A stretch of 26,710 nucleotides of DNA from Octopus sinensis (lineage: Eukaryota), in NCBI RefSeq assembly GCF_006345805.1, contig NW_021834129.1, forward strand, positions 1-26,710, written 5' to 3'. The notes under the pieces were generated by a model that was given only the letters and a program-made list of their open reading frames with translations, did no database searches and was not told the origin of the DNA. Shown in pieces: positions 10,501 to 22,081 of the stretch. Each line of letters starts with the position of its first letter. The stretch's first letter is position 1. Position numbers and translations under genes: made by a program.

Positions 10501-10835
10501 ATATTTCTCTTATTATATTTGATGTATACATATATATATATATATATATCTGTTACACACACGCACACACTTCTACGTGTTTTGTTCCATTTACCTTTTA
10601 TTTTTATGTCTTTTTCTTTCATTTTCTTTGGTTTTTTTTCTTTCAATCTTCCATCTTTGATTTTATTCGTTTTACCTTCTTCATTTTTTTATTCCTTCGC
10701 AGATTTATTCTTCATTCCCTCTTCCATTTCTCCTTCATTCTCTCATTCTATTCACTTCATATTCTAATCTATTTGTATTTTTTTCTTACTTCTTTCCTTA
10801 TTTTTTTTTATTCATTTATAGTTATTGAAGAATTG

Positions 10836-11000
10836 ACAGAATCGTTAGCGCGTCGCACAAAATTCCGTGTGATATTTACCAATTCTTCCATTAAAGTTCT
10901 GAGTTCAAATACCGATAAGATCAACGTTACCCGTTTTTCCTTTCGGGGTTCGATAAAATAAAATATCAAACAAGTACAGAGGACGATATAATCGATTACT
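10836..11000 (+). mobile_element. Degenerate tRNA-derived SINE (same family as 13699, 16919 and 25208 copies)
   Basis: GACAGAATCGTTAGCGCG...GTTCTGAGTTCAAAT...CCTTTCGGGGTTCGATAAAATAAAAT...GATATAATCGATT. Confidence 0.6.
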
Positions 11001-11069
11001 AAGCTTTCCCGCCAAAATATGGAAGCTGATGCCTATGCAACAAAATAGCATCACCATCATTATCATCAC

Positions 11070-11144
<75 letters not shown>

Positions 11145-11417
11145 CATTATTATTGTTATTATTATTATTATTATGTGATGAGAACTCACAGCTTATTTTG
11201 CTGGGTATGATGGAAAGTGTCAGCTGTCCACAGCCAGCAGACTAAGGTGACACTTGTTTACTGGTCAGGCTTCAAGAATCCTGCGAAGAATTCTTGCAGT
11301 TCCAAGCAATGCTGATTTTTGGAGGTATTCTACATTCGCTCTTGCACCAATATTTTTCAGTCATGTTGGTAGTTGAGTACTGATACTTCCAAGTGCACCA
11401 ATTACTATTAGTATTAT
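11070..11417 (-). mobile_element. 5'-truncated R4/Dong-like (RLE) non-LTR retrotransposon 3' end with (TAA)n tail
   Basis: Minus frame reads IVIGALGSISTQLPTWLKNIGARANVEYLQKSALLGTARILRRILEA-stop, matching the RLE C-terminal motifs IVIGALG and LLGTARILR. The (TAA)n tail lies at plus 11070-11174. Confidence 0.8.
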
Positions 11418-11504
11418 GTCTACTCTCTTCACTGACCACAATTTTTGTATATCGCACTTCAAATCGTCGTAGTTGTCTACTTTTCTATTTTTTTCTTCTT
11501 CATA

Positions 11505-11586
<82 letters not shown>

Positions 11587-11607
11587 CATCATTATTATTA
11601 TTATTAT

Positions 11608-11903
11608 TGGTTGGTTGGCATCCTTTTTGTCTCGGGAGACGCATAAAATAGTCTAGTCCGGCTTTTACATTTCATGTCCTGATACATTTCCTGCTGTGGC
11701 TGTGTAGTCCTATCCTGGACAAACACTCCCTCTGGCAGGTACCACAAATGTAGCGAAGATTGTTCCTGGCTGGTATAATGCCATAGTTTCTTATTGACGT
11801 CTTTTCTTATGGGACAACAATAAGCTGACCAAGACCACGAAAATGAAGATCTACCATTCATGTGTACTTAACACTCTACAGTATGGAAGTGAGACTTGGA
11901 CGC

Positions 11904-11905
<2 letters not shown>
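11608..11905 (+). mobile_element. Internally deleted RTE(BovB)-like LINE fragment
   Basis: 3' part translates WDNNKLTKTTKMKIYHSCVLNTLQYGSETWTL, like the RTE post-RT motif LLYGSETW. The 5' GGTTGGTTGGCATCC...GTCTCGGGAGAC resembles an RTE 5' end. Flanked by (TAT)n. Confidence 0.6.
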
Positions 11906-11963
<58 letters not shown>

Positions 11964-12074
11964 CATCATTTTCTTTCCTCTTCTTTCAAATTTGCTTCCA
12001 TTTCTTGCCGAGTGTCTTCCCAACTCCTAGGGCAAAGAAACTCATAGTATACATTGGTAGGCCAGTAAACTAAA

Positions 12075-12111
12075 TTATTATCATTATCATTATTATTATT
12101 ATTATTTATTA

Positions 12112-12171
<60 letters not shown>

Positions 12172-12406
12172 ATTATGTGATGAAAACTCACAGTTTATAT
12201 TGCTGTGTATGATGTAAAGTGTCAGCTGGCCACAGCCAACAGACTAAGGTGACATTTATTGGTAATTCTTCCAGAATCCTGCGAGGAATTCTTGTAGTTC
12301 CAAGCAATGCTGATTTTTGTAGGTGTTCCACCTTCACTCTTGCACCAATTTTTTTCAGCCATGTTGGTAGTTGAGTGCTGATACTTCTAAATGCACCAAT
12401 TACTAT
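12075..12406 (-). mobile_element. Second R4/Dong-like 3' end with (TAA)n tail
   Basis: ORF 12188..12421 reads IVIGAFRSISTQLPTWLKKIGARVKVEHLQKSALLGTTRIPRRILE. Roughly 90% identical by hand count to the 11175-11408 copy. Confidence 0.8.
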
Positions 12407-12407
12407 C

Positions 12408-12475
12408 GATATCGAAACCACGATTTTCTAATCGTGACTACAACACCTTAACCACTAAGCTACGCTCTTTCACAT
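12408..12475 (-). mobile_element. tRNA-derived SINE head (A and B boxes) abutting the R4-like fragment
   Basis: GTGAAAGAGCGTAGCTTAGTGGTTAAGGTGTTGTAGTCACGATTAGAAAATCGTGGTTTCGATATC, homologous to the head at 13033. Confidence 0.7.
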
Positions 12476-12936
12476 TTGTTTAGAATACCTTGTGATGCTT
12501 TTTACGTCTTTTTTCGTTCTGATTTCGAATCCATTTTAATGCCACCGGAATCGGTAAATATAATCCCGGACTAGTAAGGAATTGCCAGCGTGTCAAACAG
12601 AAAACTGTAAAATGTGTTCCGGCGCTGAATGTTCTTCTAAGTTCAAAACCTATTTTTTATCAATAAGCAAAAAGGGCTCCTTCAGGACACCGGCAAAAGT
12701 GGTGATAGGGCAGAAAAAATACAAAAATCATGTGTACAAGATAGGTGCAAGAGTGGTTGTGAGATAAAGGAAAACTCCCTACTAAAGGAAGACGGTGAGG
12801 CGATCTTGACAATGGAGTTGGCGAACAGCCAGGGAAAATGAAATGCAATTATGAATGAAGATAAGATACAAAACTGCACGAGGCTCAAAATTTCGCTTTG
12901 TATTCTCTATCGTAAGACAGGAGTTAGCTGAAAATC

Positions 12937-12991
<55 letters not shown>

Positions 12992-13032
12992 TTTGTAGTA
13001 GTAGTGGTGGTGGTGGTGGTGGTGGTGGTACA

Positions 13033-13357
13033 GTGAAGGCGCGTGGCTTAGTGGTTAGGGCATTCGGCTCATGATCGTAAGGTTGTGAGTTCGATTCCCA
13101 GCGACGCGTTGTGTCCTTGAGCAAGACACTTTATTTCTCGTTGCCCCACTCCACTCAGCTGGCAAAAATGAATAGTATCTGTATACCAGATGGCCAGCCT
13201 TGTCACACTCTGTGTCACGCTGAATCTTCCCGAGAACTACGTTAAGGGTACACGTGTCTGTGGAGTGCTCAGCCACTTGCATGTTAATTTCATGAGCAAG
13301 CTGTGCCGTTGATCGGATCAGCTGGGACCCTCGTCGTCGTAACCGACGGAGTGCTCC
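13033..13357 (+). mobile_element. tRNA-derived CORE-type SINE (OR-family-like)
   Basis: A box TGGCTTAGTGG (13044-13054), B box GAGTTCGATTCC (13087-13098), CORE-like TGTGTCCTTGAGCAAGACACT. Follows an (AGT)n/(GGT)n tract. Confidence 0.8.
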
Positions 13358-13698
13358 TTCTTCTAATAGTAGTAAAGGCTTCTGCGCGGGACGTACACAT
13401 GAACACACACACACACATACAAACGCTCTGAATATCATGAAAAACTGGCGTTTGCACCTACAAAGCAAATTTTGTTCCCGCGTATATGAAGCTGCAACTC
13501 ACCCAATCTATTTAGCTATGAACCTTGCGCCTTCAGTGCTTGAGCAATTTTCCATGAAAAAAAGGAATAGTCTTATACAACACGTATAGCTCAAAATCCA
13601 ATTTTAAATGAAATTCCTGGAAGATAGATACTTTTCTCTTCAGCTAAGATGGAAGGGAAGTGTTGCCACGCAGTAAATTTGTTGCAAGGAGTAATGAG

Positions 13699-13985
13699 GA
13701 GTCGATTAAATAAGTACCAGTTACGCACTTAGGTCGATATAATCGACTTAATCCGTTTGTCTGTCCTTGTTTGTCCTTTCTGTGTTTAGCCCCTTGTGGG
13801 TAGTAAAGAAATAGGTATTTCGTCCATCTTTACGTTCTGAGTTCAAATTCCGCCGCGGTCGACTTTGCCTTTCATCCTTTTGGGTGGGGGCGATAAATTA
13901 AGTACCAGTTGCGTACTGGGGTCGATCTAATCGACTGGCCCTCTCTCCCAAAATGTTGGGCCTTGTGCCTAGAGTAGAAAATAAT
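13699..13985 (+). mobile_element. Partial dimer of a tRNA-derived SINE with Meta-like central domain
   Basis: GTTCTGAGTTCAAATTCC B box followed by GGTCGACTTTGCCTTTCATCCTTT..G..GATAAATTAAGTACCAG. Same unit as the 25.4-26.0 kb array. Confidence 0.8.
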
Positions 13986-14379
13986 ATGTTTTATTTTGTT
14001 CCTTTCATTCTTTCGGTATATTTCCTATTCTCCATTACTTTCATTCTCCTCTTTCGTTCATTATATCTGGCTTTTAATTTTGTCTTAATCTTTCTTCGCC
14101 AATCCTTCATCGCCGAACTTTCTTCACTAACCCATCCTAACCAATCTTTCCCCCCCCCGATCTTTCGTCATTAACCCTTCCCAACCAATTCTTCACAAAT
14201 CCTTCTACTTCTCGCCATTCCTTCTTCCATTCCTTATTTCTCAACTACATAACATTCATCTTCCCATCTTTGCTTCTTTCTTTCCTCCTTTACTTTGTCC
14301 ATTTTTTCCTTCATTCACCTCCATTCCAGTCATCAAGCTTATGGTTTTCCTTTTAACCTTTTTGGATTTACAGCGGTTT

Positions 14380-14426
14380 CCTCACTCTCTCTCCCTCTCT
14401 CTCTCTCTCTTTCTCCCTCTCTCTCC

Positions 14427-14519
<93 letters not shown>

Positions 14520-14844
14520 CTTTCTTTTACTCAATATCTTCTCTCATTCATTCACTTTTCTTTACCTGCTTTCAATCTCCATTTTCCTTATTCTTCTCTG
14601 TCTTTCTTTCTTTCTCTTTCCCTCTTTCACTCTCTCTCTCTATCTATCTATCTTTCTATTTATTTCTCTAATCTCCCTCTATCTCCTTATCTTATTCTCG
14701 ACTCACCTCTCTCTCTCAGACATATGCGTACGTTCATATATATATCACATGTATATGCATACATATATATATATATATATATATATGCATAAATATATAT
14801 TATGTATATATACACATAGATTTACATATATATATATGGATATA

Positions 14845-14882
<38 letters not shown>

Positions 14883-14929
14883 TATATTATATTTGTATGT
14901 ATGTATATATATATATATAATATATAATA

Positions 14930-14960
<31 letters not shown>

Positions 14961-15041
14961 ACATATATACATACAAATATAATATATATATACATACGCA
15001 CATATGTATATATATTAATATCATATATATACATATATATG

Positions 15042-15086
<45 letters not shown>

Positions 15087-15110
15087 TATTATATATATAT
15101 GTACATATGT
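14380..15110. repeat. (CT)n then (TA)n microsatellite cluster
   Basis: CT run at about 14385-14515; TA-rich tract at about 14735-15100. Confidence 0.95.
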
Positions 15111-15936
15111 CCGTACATACACCCTCATTATCTCATTCCAATTCCTCCAACATTCTCCTCCACCTCCATCATTCTCTCCCCCCATCTTTTTTCTCTTCCT
15201 CCTTCACCAAACCCCACCCTCCCACTACCACCAACCGTTGATTCTTTTTTTTTTTTTTTACTAACCCCTTTTCTATCGTGCTTCACCGCCGATAGCAGCG
15301 GAATACCTGAGAAGCTGCATTCTTCACAAATTAACGTTACAAAGCTATTTAAGAACATGCAATGGAAAGGAGCTGGTTTTTCTTCGTCGGCTTCTCGCTT
15401 TGGTTCATTCTTTATTATCAGAGTTGTGGAACTTCATTTTCCTTTATTTTCTTCTTTTTCTTTGGAGGGGTTTTTGGTTTCTTTTTTTTTTTTTTTTTTT
15501 TCCTAAACTCAATAATTTAATTAACAAACTCCATTTGGGAAGAGTTAAAAGCACAAACAAATAAAGAACTCTAAGAAATTAATCACGATTTATTCCGTTG
15601 TTGTTGTTGTTGCTGCTGTTGTTGTCCTTGTTGTTGTTGTTGTTGTTATTGCTGTTCCTGTTGTTGATTTTATATATTTCCTTATAATTATTGATATTAA
15701 AAACGTTACATAACTAAAAGAACTCTGATTTATTTATAAGGAAATTGCGGTGTGTGTGTGTGTGTGTGTGTGTGTGTGGCGGGGAGGGGGGCAGTGATGG
15801 GGGTGGTGGATCAATTCAGCATTCTGTGATATTCATGCATTTCCCTCCAGAGATTTGGTGATGCATTTGAAGAATATAAGAGATTAAGAGAAGCCTTTCC
15901 TTATTAACATTAAAATTGAAACAGAGCCAAAATGTA

Positions 15937-15983
<47 letters not shown>

Positions 15984-16019
15984 GGTGGTGGTGGTGGTGG
16001 TGGTGGTTGCTGTTGCTGT

Positions 16020-16378
16020 TGAGTGAAGCGGTTTTCGTTCCAGTGGGAGAAGTCCGAAACGTGGTCCTTTGCTATTCGTAAGACCCGCAGAAGAGAAAGC
16101 AGGTGAACACCCTACACGGAGAGCATCGACGGATGGATGAATGCGCATCCAGGCTCAGCGGTTGTGTAGGAAGTCGGGGACAAGAAACAGGAAGAAAGAG
16201 TGAGAGAAAGTTGGGGCGAAAGAGTACAACAGGGGTCGCCACCACCCCCTGCCGGAACCTCGTGGAGCTTTAGGCGTTTTCGCTCAATAAGCACACACAA
16301 CGCCCGGTCTGGGAATCGAAACCGCGATCCTCCGACCACGAGTCCGCTGCCCTAACCACTGGGCCATTGCGCCTCCAC
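16020..16378 (-). mobile_element. tRNA-derived SINE inserted in a (GGT)n tract
   Basis: Minus strand GAGGCGCAATGGCCCAGTGGTTAGGG (A box at plus 16356-16366) and GGTTTCGATTCCC (B box at plus 16311-16323). GGT repeats on both sides. Confidence 0.8.
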
Positions 16379-16423
16379 TGGTGGTGGTGGTCGTGGTGGT
16401 GGTGGTGGTCGTCGTCGTCGTCG

Positions 16424-16918
16424 TGGAGGAAATTGTGCAGAAAGTATTGGCTAGAATATCCAAGCAAGAGGTACGAGCACCAACTCCTGTCAGTGGCCGA
16501 GAATGATCAGGTGAATCTTATTCATGTGGGATATACCAATCTTCACAGATAAGCTGTAACATAACCGACCAGGAATCCAAAGAATGGACCTTCAACGGCA
16601 TAGCTAATCCTGCAGACCAGAGAACGAGAAAGTCGAAAAGTACCAGGAACTAGCATTGGAGGTGAAACGCATCCAAAGAGCCTCAAAAGTGAACGTGATA
16701 CCTATCATAATTGGATGCACCTGGGACCATCTCAACGAAATCGATGTTCTGGCATCAAGAGCCGCAAATACCAAACTTCATAGGAATTACGCAGTTGGCA
16801 GAAATCCTCGGAACAGCTCGTGTGTTGAGGAAAGTATTACGTCTCTAAGCTGCAGGAAGGAGCTGAGGTGTGAGAGATAGTCTAGGAAAGCGAAAAGGAT
16901 GGAGATGATAATAATAAT
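16424..16918 (+). mobile_element. Frameshifted R4/Dong-like LINE fragment (restriction-like endonuclease domain and 3' end)
   Basis: Pieces read WRKLCRKYWLEYPSKRYEH..VAENDQV, DIPIFTDK..HNRP, ENEKVEKYQELALEVKRIQRASKVNVIPIIIG and ILGTARVLRKVLRL-stop (16846-16848). Ends in (ATA)n. Confidence 0.85.
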
Positions 16919-17115
16919 CTTTCCTACCACAGGAACCAGGTCTGAAATTTGGTGGGTGCGGGTAGAGACTAATCGACTACAGCGACCTTGGTGTTCAACT
17001 GGTATTTTTTTTATCGATCGTTATCGGTGGCATTTTAACTCGGAACAGAAATGCGAACGAAATGCCGCTCAGCATTTTGTTCAGCGCAGTAACGATTCCG
17101 CCAACTCGCCGCCTT
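16919..17115 (-). mobile_element. Degenerate tRNA-derived SINE (Meta-like family), internally deleted
   Basis: Minus strand AAGGCGGCGAGTTGGCGGAATCGTTA...GATAAAAAAATACCAGTTGAACACC. Confidence 0.65.
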
Positions 17116-17157
17116 AATAATAATATCAAATTTTAATAATAATAATAATAATAATAA

Positions 17158-17475
17158 GACAGTGGCTCTCATGGCTTCTGATCTTAACTGATTGCAAGTG
17201 TTATCATGTACATTGTTTTGTCTTGGTATAAAAGATGGGCTACAGAAAATATTCTGCTCAATACCACAGATTTGCTTGTCAGTTGTTTGACCTTAACCAG
17301 TTGAGCATGTCCCTTGGTGGCTGTTTATCTCGATATGAGATCACCATGTCATGCACATATGGATGTGATGCATGCGCCTAGTGTACCCTTATCAGACGGG
17401 TAGTCATGATGGGTATACTGGGCATCGTTATTTTACCCCAGTGTCACTTTGATGGCATGCACTACTCTCTCACGC

Positions 17476-17541
<66 letters not shown>
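17158..17541 (+). mobile_element. Interspersed repeat, probably the 3' UTR of a non-LTR element with (AAT)n tail
   Basis: Bounded by (AAT)n on both sides and ending ...GATGGCATGCACTACTCTCTCACGC(AAT)n; recalled as a common octopus repeat, family not assigned. Confidence 0.5.
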
Positions 17542-17542
<1 letters not shown>

Positions 17543-17951
17543 TCTGTTATAGCCATGTTCTTGCCTTGCCCGAGGTCAGCCTGGGCTGGGTAGACCTATG
17601 AAGAAAGGCATTCAAGTCAGCATCCAACCCTCTTTTCATTATATTACATTATACAAATGTCTCCTTTTTTTTCGAAACGAAATATTTACCTACTGAGTAT
17701 AATGGATCATGTGAACATGATGAAGCTGGGAAATAGGGGTCGATAGCTGGTTTATCGATCTTTCAAAGATTAAAAAAAAAATACCGGAAATGTTTGCAGA
17801 AAACTATTGAACAACATTTTGCAGTGAAAAAGGAGAAATACAAAAATTATAACAAATTTTTTATTGGTATCTGTATCAACATATATGCGTTTGTGTGTCT
17901 ATCTGTTCATCTCTCTCTGTATGTATATTTTCAGGAGTATACAAGTATATA

Positions 17952-18028
<77 letters not shown>

Positions 18029-18288
18029 TATATACATATATATATATATTCACATAATATATTTACGATTTTAACAAGGAAGAGGGTAGCAGTGGTGTCG
18101 AAGTTTGAGCTTGCCAGCTATCATTAGACTGTATGCCGGAACTTCGAAGTTACTGTCAAACATTTTCCTCATAGAAATTTATATGTACTCTACTAAAAAA
18201 CACATCCTTCGATTTAGTATTAATAAATTGTTGTTTACATATAACTACACACATAAAAATAAACAACTTGCATATATATATATATAAT

Positions 18289-18329
<41 letters not shown>

Positions 18330-18332
<3 letters not shown>

Positions 18333-18616
18333 TGCAGGTTTCGTTCTTATGGTTGACTATACTCATCAATAGATCGAGCAAGTTTGTGCTTCCTCTCGGT
18401 CTGTTTGTGAATACAGTCTAGTATCATGGAACCAATACCTATAAGTCCAGTTTGTGCCCCTGAACATACATGTGTTCATATGTATGTTCAGGGGCACAAA
18501 CTGGAGTTACAGGTTCCATTGTAATATATTCTATTCACAAACAGACCGAGAGGAAGCACAAACTTTGCTCGATCTGCTGATGAGTATAGTCAACCATAAG
18601 AACGAAACCTGCACTT
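18330..18616. repeat. 287-bp near-perfect palindrome next to a (TA)n tract
   Basis: Outer stem 18330-18413/18532-18616 (2 mismatches, 1 bulge); middle ATGGAACC match; inner 26-bp perfect stem 18446-18471/18480-18505; 8-nt loop. Confidence 0.95.
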
Positions 18617-18622
18617 CAGATT
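18571..18622 (+). ncRNA. Hammerhead ribozyme-like motif (imperfect helices II/III)
   Basis: GAUCUG-CUGAUGA-GU...AC-GAA-ACCUGCACU-U|CAGAUU. Helix I is GAUCUG/CAGAUU, G10.1-C11.1 is present, helix III is mismatched beyond A15.1-U16.1. Confidence 0.5.
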
Positions 18623-19320
18623 GTGTACCTAGATTCAGTTTCAATATGATAAACAAAATTTATTAACAAACACGAAGATTCACTCACTAGATACTCAGAC
18701 TTCGACTTCCACTCGTGAGATGTTCGATTAGGTTGTATATAAAAAGGTGATTCGCCCCCTGACAACCTCAAAGAACACCTCACCTGTAAAAATCAATTTC
18801 TTATGCCGTGAGGCATCGGCTGTTTTTTGTTTTCTCATTTTTTCTATAAAAATAAAAACTCTACTACGACCACTGAGTACAATATTTCTCATTTACATTT
18901 CTCAACGCATAGTTCTGTGAGTGTGTGCGTGTCTGTGTGTCTGTGTGTGTGAGAGAGTTAATGTTACAACTTTTTTTTTTAATTGCAATTAATAAAATTC
19001 GTTTTGGTAATTCTGTTATTAATGATATTCATAAAGCGTTTCCGCGCATATTAATGTTGCTGTAATTGTTATTTTTGTTGTTGCTGTTTTTGCATTCTCA
19101 ATCTGTTCAGCATTGTCTCTGTTTTTCCATTATTATTCTTGTTGCTGTTGCTGCAATTGATGTTGCTATTGTTTCTGCATATTGCATTGTGCATTGTTCG
19201 AGATATTACTGTTGTTGATATTAGTTGCAGCTATTTTCTCCTACAGCTGTTTCGACAGCTCTTCTCATTTCTTCTGTTCTCTTCTCAGTTCTTCTGTTCT
19301 CGTCTCGCTATACCAGTTGC

Positions 19321-20325
<1,005 letters not shown>

Positions 20326-20666
20326 CTAGCAAAAAAGAAATAGAAAAAAAAAGAAAATTAGGTTAAATATTCGAACAATATGATTTAAAATAAGAACAGA
20401 CGAAGAGATACAGAAATACAATAATGTAAAAGACAGAAGCAGACATTGAGACATGAAATAAACGATGCGTTGTATTTTAGTGAGAGAACTAATGGAATGG
20501 AAAGACTGGAGTAAGTACTGAAGTATAGACAGTGAGTTAAAGGAACAGGTTATTCAAACGCTTATTTCACCTGTAGTGAGAATATGAAAAGAAGGAAAAT
20601 GCACGGAAATTTTATGTTGGACATTATATATATATATATGTTTATTAATTAAATAAAATGTTTACA

Positions 20667-20701
20667 TAGTCGACCGGTTTCGCTTGTGCTAATAATGACT
20701 A
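20667..20701 (-). ncRNA. Decayed minimal hammerhead-like relic
   Basis: UAGUC-AUUAUUA-GC ACAA GC-GAA-ACCGGU-C|GACUA: all three helices and a GUC triplet, but the core is AUUAUUA instead of CUGANGA. Confidence 0.4.
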
Positions 20702-20743
20702 AGACATTTGTGATAATGTTGTTATTTCATACTAGCAGTTTTC

Positions 20744-20783
<40 letters not shown>

Positions 20784-20909
20784 CACACACACACACACAC
20801 ACGGAGAGAAAGAGAGTAAAATACCGACAGACAGACAGATTTTTACTTATACAAAGATAGATAGTGTATGAGTTTTCTCCGGTGGTTTATAGATAGAAAG
20901 ACAGCGAGT

Positions 20910-21104
20910 CAGCGAGACAGACAGACAGCGAGACAGCGAGACAGACAGCGAGACAGACCGACAGACAGCGAGACAGACCGACAGACAGCGAGACAGACAG
21001 ACAGACAGACAGCGAGACAGACCGACAGACCGACAGACAGCGAGACAGACAGACAGACTGCGAGACAGACAGACAGACAGACAGACAGCGTGACAGACAG
21101 GCAG
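20910..21104. repeat. Variant tetranucleotide minisatellite (AGAC/AGCG/CGAC units)
   Basis: Parses in 4-nt register throughout. Confidence 0.9.
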
Positions 21105-21478
21105 ATAAATGTACATAAGCATATATCATATAAACATATATCTATGGTGGGGGTGGGATCTTTCGTAACATTTCCAAAGCAATGTAACTCGATATGTCTA
21201 GACTGTGGCATATAACCACAAAGTTGATTCCTGGATATTTAACTCCTAACTTTAAAATATTCACAGCTTCGACATTAATCTGCCTGAAGAATATGGAACT
21301 CAGTTAAAGAAATCAGAAATTCTTACAAATATTAGATACGGGGAAAAAAATTGCCTATTAACTCTATGATAGAAATACATACACACACACATACAGTGCT
21401 GGATTAATCTGTACATATTCTTGCAAAAGATAGTTTTACACACACACACACACCACACACATATATATATATAATATT

Positions 21479-21519
<41 letters not shown>

Positions 21520-21521
<2 letters not shown>

Positions 21522-21741
21522 GGAGTAACACATAAATGTGAAACAAGGTGGAAAAAAGAGTACTCAAATACCCGTGGTAGAGTAATATGCTTTATTTTAA
21601 GCAGCAGAAAATTCAACAAAATTGTTACTCTGAGTTTCTCGTTGCCGTTCATCAGACAGCAAAAACTGTCTGATGAACGGCAACGAGAAACTCAGAGTAA
21701 CAGATTTTGTTGAATTTTCTGCTGCTTAAAATAAAGTATAT
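21520..21741. mobile_element. Penelope-like pLTR-type fragment with a 70-bp-arm palindrome (21585-21741), embedded in (TA)n
   Basis: Arms 21590-21659 / 21666-21736 are identical except one extra G (21703); loop CAAAAA; each arm carries a hammerhead core; (TA)n on both sides. The Penelope assignment is inferred. Confidence 0.6.
21659..21710 (+). ncRNA. Type I hammerhead ribozyme-like motif (mirror copy on the minus strand at 21623-21659)
   Basis: GCAAAAACUGU-CUGAUGA-A-CG GCAA CG-A-GAA-ACU CAG AGU-A|ACAGAUUUUGU. GNRA-capped helix II; GUA triplet with cleavage after 21699. Confidence 0.7.
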
Positions 21742-21897
21742 ATATATATATATATATGTATATAAACTGTGGGCGTGTGTTTGTGTCTGCGAGAAAGGGA
21801 AACTGGGAAGGAGACAAATTTTTACATTTACTGATACATACGAAAGACAGAATTTCTTATGTATATATGCATGGCCATGTGTACAAGGATACGTCTT

Positions 21898-21943
<46 letters not shown>

Positions 21944-21962
21944 GTGTGTGTGTATGTGTGTG

Positions 21963-21994
<32 letters not shown>

Positions 21995-22035
21995 TGTATA
22001 AAGATATAGATACATGTATATAAATAGATATATCT

Positions 22036-22081
<46 letters not shown>

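Noticed and set aside
12680-12842. Plus-strand frame KGLLQDTGKSGDRAEKIQ... as a LINE RT remnant or exon
   Set aside because: Only vague resemblance; no diagnostic motif or splice sites identifiable by eye.
6962-16378. tRNA genes at 6962, 12408, 13033 and 16311-16378
   Set aside because: A/B boxes are present but there is no full cloverleaf; each continues into SINE or LINE-derived body.
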